The notes beneath the pieces were generated by a model. It was given only the letters and a program-made list of their open reading frames with translations, was not told where the DNA came from and did not search any database. From contig BTVV01000010.1 in assembly GCA_045863855.1 (NCBI GenBank), positions 1 through 64,000 of the forward strand: DNA of 64,000 bases, written 5' to 3'. The stretch is from Planctomycetota bacterium. Its GTDB lineage: Bacteria > Planctomycetota > SZUA-567 > H5-PLA8. The translations under genes and the position numbers were made by a program. Each line of letters opens with the position of its first letter. The stretch's first letter is position 1. Positions 56,087 through 64,000 of this stretch are shown here, one piece after another.

Positions 56087-59043
56087 GGCAGAATCTCCTC
56101 GATGTTCAGCGCTTCGGCGCCCAGTTCCTTGTTGGCCTGTTCGAGTTTTTCGCGGCTGGAGACGACGCAGACTGCGCCACGGCTGAAGTTCGCGTCGAGG
56201 ACCTCGAGGTTCGCGCGCTTCACGTCGGCGACTTTCACGCGCAAGATAGCCGCGTGGCGCGCTTCGCGGCGGTCCGGCGTATCACCCATCAGGTAGCGGC
56301 CGAGGGCCAGATCGGTGGCCGATTCGGGGCGGATGGGGCGTTCGCCTTCCTTGGCGGTCCCGATGATCGCGCGGTCGACGTCGAGTTGCGACCAAGGCGC
56401 GGCGTGGAGGTGTTCGCGTAAATGGGCGAAGACATCCAGAGAGCGCTTCACCCAGGGATCGCGGTACGTGTAGAAGGTCCAACTGCGGTCGAGGCCGTTC
56501 CAGCCGGATGCCGCGCCGTACGCGCCGCCTTTGACGCGGACTTCGTCCCACATGTAGCCGCGGCTGATCATCAGACGTCCGACTGTGAGCGGCGCGGCGT
56601 CGGGATGCGAGAGGTGCGGAGCGGGGAGGACGCGGGTGCAGTAAGCGACTTGCATCGGCGCGGCGAGTCCTTCGCGCGGCGGCCGCACAAAGGGTTCGAA
56701 CGGGACGCTGAGCGGCCGCTGCGATTCGTGGCGCATCGCGGTGGTCCAGGCATTGAGCGTCTTGACCAGTTTATCGTGCGCGGCAGGCGAGCCGGTGAAG
56801 CTGACGACGAGTCCCGAGCGATTGAGCAGGTAGGCGCGAATGGCCTGCAGCTTTGCGACGAGCGGGTCGCGGTGCTCGTCGAAGCGGTCGGCCCAATCGC
56901 GAAAGGCTCGCGGCTGTGGGATGCCGTGCAGGCATTCGTCCATGGCGCCTAAGGCGGTCAGGCCGCGAGCGGCGTGGCTGAGCGCGTAGGTGTGACCGGA
57001 CTGGGGAAGCGAACTGCGCAGCGCGGCTTTTTGCTGCATCAGCACTTCGTGGAAACGCTTGGCGTCGGAAAAGTCGGGCTCGAAAAGCAGGTCGCGCAGG
57101 ACGCCCAGCGCCGTTTCGAACTTATCGTCCACGGCCTTCAGGCGGAACGATCCACGCAGCAGGATTCGATCGGGATCGACGAGGTGCCCGCCCGAGGATG
57201 CGCCAAAGCCGACGCCTCCGGTGCTGGCGTCCTTGCGTTCGGCCATCTTGACGTAATCGCAGCCGGCGGCGCCCATCTTGCCGATAGCGTGCGCGTAGAG
57301 CGGCAGATAGGCGAAGAGTTCCGGATCGAGCCCAGTCAGGTCGAAGTTGAGGCGCAAATAGTTCACGCCGTTGGCGAAGACATCGTTGCGCAAGAGCGTC
57401 ACGCCGCCGTCGAGCGTCTCGACGGCCGTGGGAATATGCTTCGGCTTCGCCGGGAGGTCGGCGACGCGCAGTTGCGGCAGCGTAGCGAGTGCGTCCGGCG
57501 AGTTGGGCTCGCTCTGCCGGCGCTCCAGTTCGGCCTGTTCGTTCGCGATGCGCTCGAGTTCGGCAGGGACAAGCGCTGCTTTTACGCGAGCCATTTTTTC
57601 GGCGAAGGCCTGGTCCTTGCGCGCCTGCAGGCCCGGATCGGGGAGCAGCGTGAGCGCCATGCGGTGCGGATTGTCCAGCAAGAAGGTCCGGATGAGATCC
57701 TGGAAGAGCGCGGGATTCTTCGCGTACTCGCGCTGCGCCGCTTCCCAAAAGCGTTTGATGGACAGGTAGGCCAGCGGATCGGCGTCGTGCAGCCAAGCCA
57801 TGTAGGCCTTGTACATCGTGTTCAGCGGATAGCTGCCGGTGATTTCGAGGAACTCGAACGCCATCTGGTGAAAGCCGGCTTCGACACGCTCGCGCGGGAA
57901 TCCCTCGGCGGCGCACTTGCGAAGCGTATCGAAGACCAGTTGCTCGAACGCGGCGCGTCGGCCGGCTTCGCTTCCTTTAAGGCCGACATGAAAGGTGGTC
58001 TCGTAGCGGTATCCGCTGAATCCGGCAAAGGTCACGTCCTCCCCGAGGCGCGAATCGATCAACGCTTTGCGCAACGGCGCGGCGGCGTTGCCGAGCAGCA
58101 GATACCCGAGCAGTTCGCCGTAGACGACGTGTTGAATGTCGGTGCCGTCGCCTACGAGCCAATGGAGCGTCAGGAAGGTCTTGTTCTGCGTGGGCTCGCC
58201 TTGCCCGAGCGTGTAGGCCTCGGTGCGTTCGCGCGGTTCGGACCAGCGCGGCTGGCGCGGGAGCGGCGGCGTGCGTTCGGCAGCGGCGCTCGAAGCCAGG
58301 CGCGAAGCCATGAAGCGCGCGTACTCGGCGGTGGGAATGTCTCCGTAGAGATAGATGTAAGCGTTAGCCGGATTGTAATGCCGCGCGTAGAAGTCGCTGA
58401 AGACGGAATAGGTCAGTTCGGGCATCGCTTCTGGATCGCCGCCGGAGGATTTCCCGTAGGGCGTCGCGGCGAAGAGGGTCTGGTTCGCGTAGTGGCTGAC
58501 GAGGCGCTCGGGACTGGAGTATGCGCCCTTCATCTCGTTGAAGACGATGCCCTTTACGATCAAGGGGCTGGACAGATCGCCCTTTTTCTCGAACTCCCGG
58601 TGGTGCCCTTCCTGTTTGAACGTCTCTTCGGTCAGGCGCGGATGAAAGACCGCGTCCCAATACACTTCGGCGAGGTTGAAGAGATCCTTCCTCACGTTGC
58701 TGGCGACGGGGTACAGCGTCATGTCGCTGGCGGTCATGGCGTTGATGAAGGTCGCCATGCTCATTTTGGTCAGTTCGATGAACGGATGCTTGACCGGAAA
58801 GCGCTTGGAGCCGCAGAGCACGGAATGCTCGAGGATATGCGGCAGCCCCGTGTCGTCGATGGGCGGCGTCTTGAAGGCCACGGAAAAAAGGTTTTCGGGA
58901 TCGTCGTTGTGGACGTGCAGAACGCGCGCGCCGCTGGGATGGTCAAGCTCGTAGGCGACCGAGCGCAGGTCAGGGAGGGGCGTGACCCGGACGACGGTGA
59001 ATCCTTCGACGTTCTGGCCGGTCCGGAGCGAGGGTTCGGACAT
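56083..59043 (-). CDS. M16C metallopeptidase (presequence protease PreP/Cym1-like), paralog 2
   Basis: FKTPP.DDTGLPHILEHSVLCGS, INAMT, GIVFNEMKG, SGGDP, VRVKGGAYG, YRDP. Start MSEPSLRTG at 59043. Confidence 0.95.
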   Translation of the reverse strand: MSEPSLRTGQNVEGFTVVRVTPLPDLRSVAYELDHPSGARVLHVHNDDPENLFSVAFKTPPIDDTGLPHILEHSVLCGSKRFPVKHPFIELTKMSMATFINAMTASDMTLYPVASNVRKDLFNLAEVYWDAVFHPRLTEETFKQEGHHREFEKKGDLSSPLIVKGIVFNEMKGAYSSPERLVSHYANQTLFAATPYGKSSGGDPEAMPELTYSVFSDFYARHYNPANAYIYLYGDIPTAEYARFMASRLASSAAAERTPPLPRQPRWSEPRERTEAYTLGQGEPTQNKTFLTLHWLVGDGTDIQHVVYGELLGYLLLGNAAAPLRKALIDSRLGEDVTFAGFSGYRYETTFHVGLKGSEAGRRAAFEQLVFDTLRKCAAEGFPRERVEAGFHQMAFEFLEITGSYPLNTMYKAYMAWLHDADPLAYLSIKRFWEAAQREYAKNPALFQDLIRTFLLDNPHRMALTLLPDPGLQARKDQAFAEKMARVKAALVPAELERIANEQAELERRQSEPNSPDALATLPQLRVADLPAKPKHIPTAVETLDGGVTLLRNDVFANGVNYLRLNFDLTGLDPELFAYLPLYAHAIGKMGAAGCDYVKMAERKDASTGGVGFGASSGGHLVDPDRILLRGSFRLKAVDDKFETALGVLRDLLFEPDFSDAKRFHEVLMQQKAALRSSLPQSGHTYALSHAARGLTALGAMDECLHGIPQPRAFRDWADRFDEHRDPLVAKLQAIRAYLLNRSGLVVSFTGSPAAHDKLVKTLNAWTTAMRHESQRPLSVPFEPFVRPPREGLAAPMQVAYCTRVLPAPHLSHPDAAPLTVGRLMISRGYMWDEVRVKGGAYGAASGWNGLDRSWTFYTYRDPWVKRSLDVFAHLREHLHAAPWSQLDVDRAIIGTAKEGERPIRPESATDLALGRYLMGDTPDRREARHAAILRVKVADVKRANLEVLDANFSRGAVCVVSSREKLEQANKELGAEALNIEEILP

Positions 59044-59108
59044 AAGATTCTCCGCATTTGGGCTCGGCCCGCGGTGGGGCGCGGCCGGCCGGTCAAGAAG
59101 GGGCCGAC

Positions 59109-62084
59109 TCAGGACGTAAGAATGTCTTCGATGGCCAGCGCCGCGTCGCCCAGTTCGCGGTTCGCTTCTTCGAGCTTCAGGCGGCTGGAGACGACGCAGG
59201 TGCCGATGCGCGCGGCGTGCCGGTCGAGCTGGTCGAGGACGGCGCGCTTGATGGCTTGCGGCGTGACGGACAGGATCGCGGCGTGTCGCGCTTCGCGGCG
59301 ATCGGGCGTATCGCCGTGCGTATGCCGCCACAGCGCGGCGCCGGTGGCGTCGGCGGGGCGGATCGGTTTTTCGCCGTTCTTGGCCGTACCGATGATGGCG
59401 CGGTCGATGTCCGTCTGCGACCATTCCACGCCGGTGACGTACGCGCGCAGTCCGGCAAAATTGTCGAGCGTTTTCTTCACCCACGGATCGCGGTACGAGT
59501 AGTAGTACCACGCCGAGTCGATCCCGTTGTAGCCGACGCCGCCGCCGTAGGCGCCGCCCTTCACGCGGATCTGCTCCCACATGTAATCGAGGCTCAATAG
59601 CCGGCTGGCGACCGTAAGCAGGGGCGAGTCGGCGTGCGACAGGTGCGGCGCCGGAAGCACCTGCGTGCAGAAGGCGACTTCCATCGGCGCGGCCAGGCCT
59701 TCCCTGGCGGGCGCCGCGGCGGGCGCGAAATCGAACTTAGACGGTGCGAGCGGATCGGCGCCGAGTTCCTGGGCCCAGCGCTCGAGCGCTTTGCGCAGCG
59801 CGGGCGTAACCTTCTCCGAGCCGGTGAAGCTGGCCGTCAGTCGCTTGCGGTTGCGCAGAAACGCCGCAATCTCGTTCAGCCGCGCGACGAGGTCGTCTTG
59901 GTGCGACTCGAACTGTTCGGCCCAGCGTTCGACAAGACGGATCTGGGGCAGCCCTCCGGTCAGTTCGTTCAAATGCCCCAACAGGCTCAGGCCGCGCCCG
60001 GCGTGGCGGACGCCCAGACCGATCCCGTCGTGGACGATGCTGCTGCGGTGTTCGGCGTAGGCCTGAACCACCACGTCCTTGAGGCGTTCTAGGTCGCTGA
60101 AATCGGGCGCGACGTACAGATCGTGCAGCAGCGCCAAGGCTTGGTCGAGTTTGCCGTCCAGCGCGCGCAGCGTGAACTGTCCGCTCAGCACAAGCGTATT
60201 CGGATCGGCCGCATGGCCGTCGAACGAAGCGTTGAATTGGATGCCGCCGGTGTGCGCAGCCATACGCTCGGCAACGCCGACGTAATCCAGACCGGCTGCG
60301 CCCATCTTGGTGACGCATTCGCCGTAGAGCGGCAGGTACGGATAGAGCCGTTCGGGCAAGCCTTGGAGATTCAGGTCCACGTGCAGGTAGTTAACGCCGT
60401 TGGCGAAGACATCGTTGACCAGGAGCGGCACGCCGCCGTTCAGCGTTTCGACGCGCGTGGGGATGTGCTTCGGCTTACGCGGAAGGTCGCTGGCTTTAAG
60501 CTGCGGGAGCGTCGCCAGCGCTTCGGGCGTGTTGGGTGTGTTCTGAAAGACTTCCAGCGCCTTCGCCTGTTCGACGAGCTGGCGTTTTTCGAGTTCGCTG
60601 AGCTGCGCTTTGCGCGCGCGCATGCGCGCGGCGAAGGCCTCTTCTTTTTCGGCCAGCAGCTTGGGGTCGGGCGTAAAGACCAGCGTGGAGCGATGCGGGT
60701 TCTCGAGCAGGCCCTTGCGAATGAGGCGCTGGAAGAGCTGCGGGTCTTGGGCGTAGCTCTGCCGCACGGCTTCGAGATGCTCGTCGGCGCGCAGGAAAAT
60801 CAACGGATCGGCGCCGTAAATCCAGGTGTTGTACGCACGATCCATGAGCCAAAGCGGAAACATGCTCGCGATTTCGAGGTAACCGTAGCTGACTTGGTGG
60901 AACGCGGCTTCAACCTTGTCGGCCGGGATGCCTTCGTCGGCGAGTCGCTTGAGCGTGTCCATCACGACGGCCACGATGCGGTCCTTGCGGTCGGCTTCGG
61001 TGCCTTTGAGCCCGGCGTGGAAGGTGGTCTCCAATTCGCCGGTGCCGAATCCGGCGTGGGTCAGATCCTGGCCCAGTTGGCTGTCGATGAGCGCCTTGCG
61101 CAGCGGCGCGGCCTGGTTGCCCAGGAGGATGCGGTCGAGGACCTTCCAGGCGATCACTTCGCGCGCGTCGGTGCCGTCGCCGACAATCCAATTGAGCGTC
61201 ACGTAAGCTTTCTCGTCCAGTTCTTCCTCGCCGCCGATGGGATAGCGTTCGGAGCGATCACGCGGCTGCGTCCAGCGCGGCTGCTTGGGAATGGCCGTGT
61301 CGATGGGCCGGCGCGTGTAGCTCTCGAGTTGGCGTTTGAGGAATGCAAGGTGGTCGGCTGTGGGAATATCGCCGTACAAGAAGATGAAGGCGTTACTGGG
61401 GTGGTACAGATCGGCGTAGAAGCGTTTGAAGTCGGCATAGGTCAGGTCGGGAATGCGCTCGGGATTGCCGCCGCTGTCGAGCCCGTAGGTGGTGTCGGGA
61501 AAGAGCTGCCGGTAGGACTCGCGATCCACGAAGCTGTCGGCGGCAGAGTAGGCGCCTTTCATCTCGTTAAAAACGATGCCCTTCACGATCAGGTCCGTCG
61601 ACGGATCGTCTTTTTTCGCGAATTCGAGGTGGTGGCCTTCCTGCTGAAAGGACGCTTCGGTGAGGCGCGGATGAAAGACGGCGTCGCAGTAAACTTCGGC
61701 GAGGTTGTAGAAATCCTGGCGCACGTTGCTAGCCACCGGATAGACGGTTTTATCGGCGTAGGTCATGGCGTTGATGAACGTCGCCATGCTCATTTTGACC
61801 ATCTCGATGAACGGATCCCGGACCGGAAAACGCTGGCTTCCGCCCAGGACGACGTGCTCCAGGATGTGAGGCAATCCAGTGTCGTCGCGCGGAGGAGTGC
61901 GAAAGGCGATGCAGAACAGGTTTTCGGCGTCGTGGGCGTGCACGTGCAGAAGCTGCGCGCCGGTGGCGTCGTGCTCGAGTTCGTAGGCCTGCGCGCGCAG
62001 ATTGCCCAAGGCCGTGACTCGTCTCACTGTAAAGCCGTTCATGCGTTCGCCGGTTTTTAGCGTGGGGGATGGTACAGTACTCAC
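59109..62084 (-). CDS. M16C metallopeptidase (presequence protease PreP/Cym1-like), paralog 1
   Basis: FRTPPRDDTGLPHILEHVVLGGS, GIVFNEMKG, IRVKGGAYG, SYRDP. GTG 62084 has a GGGAGA SD; alternative ATG 62102. Confidence 0.95.
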   Translation of the reverse strand: MSTVPSPTLKTGERMNGFTVRRVTALGNLRAQAYELEHDATGAQLLHVHAHDAENLFCIAFRTPPRDDTGLPHILEHVVLGGSQRFPVRDPFIEMVKMSMATFINAMTYADKTVYPVASNVRQDFYNLAEVYCDAVFHPRLTEASFQQEGHHLEFAKKDDPSTDLIVKGIVFNEMKGAYSAADSFVDRESYRQLFPDTTYGLDSGGNPERIPDLTYADFKRFYADLYHPSNAFIFLYGDIPTADHLAFLKRQLESYTRRPIDTAIPKQPRWTQPRDRSERYPIGGEEELDEKAYVTLNWIVGDGTDAREVIAWKVLDRILLGNQAAPLRKALIDSQLGQDLTHAGFGTGELETTFHAGLKGTEADRKDRIVAVVMDTLKRLADEGIPADKVEAAFHQVSYGYLEIASMFPLWLMDRAYNTWIYGADPLIFLRADEHLEAVRQSYAQDPQLFQRLIRKGLLENPHRSTLVFTPDPKLLAEKEEAFAARMRARKAQLSELEKRQLVEQAKALEVFQNTPNTPEALATLPQLKASDLPRKPKHIPTRVETLNGGVPLLVNDVFANGVNYLHVDLNLQGLPERLYPYLPLYGECVTKMGAAGLDYVGVAERMAAHTGGIQFNASFDGHAADPNTLVLSGQFTLRALDGKLDQALALLHDLYVAPDFSDLERLKDVVVQAYAEHRSSIVHDGIGLGVRHAGRGLSLLGHLNELTGGLPQIRLVERWAEQFESHQDDLVARLNEIAAFLRNRKRLTASFTGSEKVTPALRKALERWAQELGADPLAPSKFDFAPAAAPAREGLAAPMEVAFCTQVLPAPHLSHADSPLLTVASRLLSLDYMWEQIRVKGGAYGGGVGYNGIDSAWYYYSYRDPWVKKTLDNFAGLRAYVTGVEWSQTDIDRAIIGTAKNGEKPIRPADATGAALWRHTHGDTPDRREARHAAILSVTPQAIKRAVLDQLDRHAARIGTCVVSSRLKLEEANRELGDAALAIEDILTS

Positions 62085-62260
62085 GGAATCTCCCTGGGGC
62101 ATGAGTTCGAGCGTCATAGGAACAAGCACGTGGCAGCTTAGCGCCGGGGCGATGAAGTGGAAACCGCGTTTCGCCTTCGTGGCTTGTGGCGGATCGACCG
62201 GGGTGCGGTACAATACTTTTTCGCGTCTTCAGGGCCGTGACGCGCCGAGATCACCGACCT

Positions 62261-63187
62261 ATGGCGGACCTGCCGCTGATTCTGGTGCTCGACCATGATT
62301 CTGCGTCGCGCCGCTTGATGGCCGCGGCGTTGGGGCGCGACGGGCAGATGGCGGTCACCGAGGACGAACCGGGTCCGGGTGCGGTCGAGCGCCTTGCGAA
62401 AGAGCCCTTCGATCTGGTGCTGTTGGACCCCGACAGTCCTTCCGTCAACGGTTGGCGCTTGATCGGCGACCTGCATCGCGCCGCTCCGCGCACGCCTTTG
62501 CTGATTCTTTCGATATACTTCAACGCCCGCAGCGTAGCTCGCGCCATCGAGATGGGCGCCGAAGATTACCTGAGCAAGCCGGTCGATCTCAAGGAATTGC
62601 GCCGCACCATCAACTTGCTCCTGGACCAGGCCGAAGCGGACGCCGCATTGGGCGGTTCGGTCTCGGCCAGGCACCTGGTGGTCCGCGCGGATGCCGAAGG
62701 CGCGTTCGTGGAGATGACGGCGCCCACGGGCAGTCCGCACATCGAGCGATTCCAAGGCTTCGTGCACAGGCTGCTCGCGGCGACGCTCAATAAAGAGGAC
62801 TACCTGAACGTGCGTCTGGCGCTGGAAGAGAGCGTCACCAATGCGGTCGAGTGGGGCAACCGGCACGACCGGAATAAAACGCTGAAACTTTCGTACTGTT
62901 TGCTGGCCGATCGCGTGACGCTGCGGGTCGAAGATCAAGGCGAAGGGTTCACCCCCGACCGGGTGCCCGATCCGACGACCGATCCGCTGGCTCATTTGGA
63001 ACGGCGCAAGCGCGAGGGTAAGCGCGTGGGCGGGTGGGGACTTTTCCTGACGCGCAAGGCCGTTGATGAAGTGGCGTACAATAAGAAGGGGAACGTGGTC
63101 TTTCTCACGAAGTACTTGCATCAGCCTACCCGAAGTCTGGCGGGTGGCGCTTCGGATGCTCAGGCTTCGGAAGCTAAGTCCTCCTGA
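62261..63187 (+). CDS. Receiver domain fused to RsbW/SpoIIAB-like anti-sigma kinase (HATPase_c_2)
   Basis: REC: ILVLDHD, DLVLLD, GAEDYLSKP. C-terminal ALEESVTNAVEWGN, VEDQGEGF, GGWGLFL, YNKKGN. Confidence 0.85.
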   Translation: MADLPLILVLDHDSASRRLMAAALGRDGQMAVTEDEPGPGAVERLAKEPFDLVLLDPDSPSVNGWRLIGDLHRAAPRTPLLILSIYFNARSVARAIEMGAEDYLSKPVDLKELRRTINLLLDQAEADAALGGSVSARHLVVRADAEGAFVEMTAPTGSPHIERFQGFVHRLLAATLNKEDYLNVRLALEESVTNAVEWGNRHDRNKTLKLSYCLLADRVTLRVEDQGEGFTPDRVPDPTTDPLAHLERRKREGKRVGGWGLFLTRKAVDEVAYNKKGNVVFLTKYLHQPTRSLAGGASDAQASEAKSS

Positions 63188-63223
63188 CGATTCCTTTCGC
63201 GCAATCCAATAAAGGAGCTGGGC

Positions 63224-64000
63224 ATGGCCGATGTGTTGGCCGTCGATCTGGGTGGAACGAACATCCGCGTAGCGCGTGTCTCGTCCGCGGGCGCGGTGCT
63301 GGCACGCGAGAAGATCCCCACGCATGCGAACGAAGGCATGGGGCGCGTCGTCGAGCGGATGGCCGAGCTGGCGCAGCGCGTGCGCGGTCCCGCAAGCGTG
63401 GCCATCGGCATCGCCACGCCCGGCACGCCCGATCCCGATAGCGGCGTGATGCGCTCGCGCGCGGTGAACATCGCCGACAGCGATGGATTCCCCTTGGGGC
63501 CGCGGTTGACCGAGCTGACCGGACTGCCCGGCGCGGCCGACAACGACGGAAACCTCGCGGCGCTCGGCGAGTCCTGGCGCGGCGCCGGCCGAGGCCGCAA
63601 GGTGGTTCTCATGTTCACCTTGGGCACCGGTATCGGCGGCGGCTTAATCGTCGAAGGCCGAGTCTTTCACGGCGAAGCGAACATCTGCGAGTTCGGGCAC
63701 ATCAGCATCGATTACGACGGCCGGGATTACGTCAGCGGTGTGAAAGGCGCCTGGGAGGCTTACGCCAGCGCTTCGGGGTTCGGCCGCGAAGCGCGCGAGG
63801 CGCTCGAACGCGGCGGAGCCGATGCGCGCGCCAGCCGTCTTTGGGCGCTGTGCGAAGGCGATCCGGCACGGGCGGAAGCCCGGCATCTGTGCGATGCCGC
63901 GCGGGAGGGGGATGCGTTCGCGACCGCCATCCTGGATCGCTGCGTCGAATACCTGGCTACGGGCTTGGGCACGTATATCACCTCCTTGAATCCGAGCTGC
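63224..64000 (+). CDS. ROK family sugar kinase (glucokinase-like), truncated by window end
   Basis: Manual translation MADVLAVDLGGTNIR...GIATPG...DNDGNLAALGE...TLGTGIGGG...EFGH...WEAYAS. aaggag SD upstream. Confidence 0.92.
   Translation, partial: MADVLAVDLGGTNIRVARVSSAGAVLAREKIPTHANEGMGRVVERMAELAQRVRGPASVAIGIATPGTPDPDSGVMRSRAVNIADSDGFPLGPRLTELTGLPGAADNDGNLAALGESWRGAGRGRKVVLMFTLGTGIGGGLIVEGRVFHGEANICEFGHISIDYDGRDYVSGVKGAWEAYASASGFGREAREALERGGADARASRLWALCEGDPARAEARHLCDAAREGDAFATAILDRCVEYLATGLGTYITSLNPSC

Noticed and set aside
59044..59580. N-terminal extension of the second peptidase (ORF track 56083..59580), implying fusion or frameshift between the paralogs
   Set aside because: The extension is Arg-rich out-of-frame overlap with paralog 1, which ends normally at 59109; homology starts at MSEPSLRTG (59043).
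1..64000. rRNA, tRNA, prophage or transposase genes
   Set aside because: None recognised by eye. tRNAscan-SE/Infernal were not run, so small RNAs cannot be excluded.

Overview
High-GC bacterial chromosomal window, most likely Planctomycetota/PVC (inferred from gene content: a Hanks-type kinase, a HEAT-S41 protease, an ECF sigma/anti-sigma pair, a ValRS zinc-ribbon insert and REP-like palindromes). It holds about 38 supportable CDSs. Housekeeping and metabolic genes include typA, proB, rnr, valS, tnaA, CoA-transferase, DHDPS-like, epimerase, enolase-superfamily, SGNH, MFS-PlsC and ROK genes. Signalling genes include a 7-PAS hybrid kinase, an ECF sigma factor with an unusually long anti-sigma, a REC-RsbW fusion and a Ser/Thr kinase. 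There is also an uncharacterised ABC system and two tandem M16C presequence-type peptidases. Two genes are cut by the window edges and absent from the ORF track: a giant secreted repeat protein (left) and a ROK kinase (right). No rRNA, tRNA, CRISPR array, transposase or integrase was seen. Most notable: (1) a Ser/Thr kinase whose C-terminal 4-Cys/TPR/beta-rich module also occurs as a stand-alone paralog encoded just upstream, behind a promoter with operator-like repeats; (2) AT-richer orphan genes bracketed by REP-like palindromes or short inverted repeats, with no recombinase nearby; (3) a near-perfect 792-bp internal duplication in a GC-mosaic surface protein; (4) a zinc anti-sigma with four DUF4349-like repeats facing a HEAT-PDZ-S41 protease.
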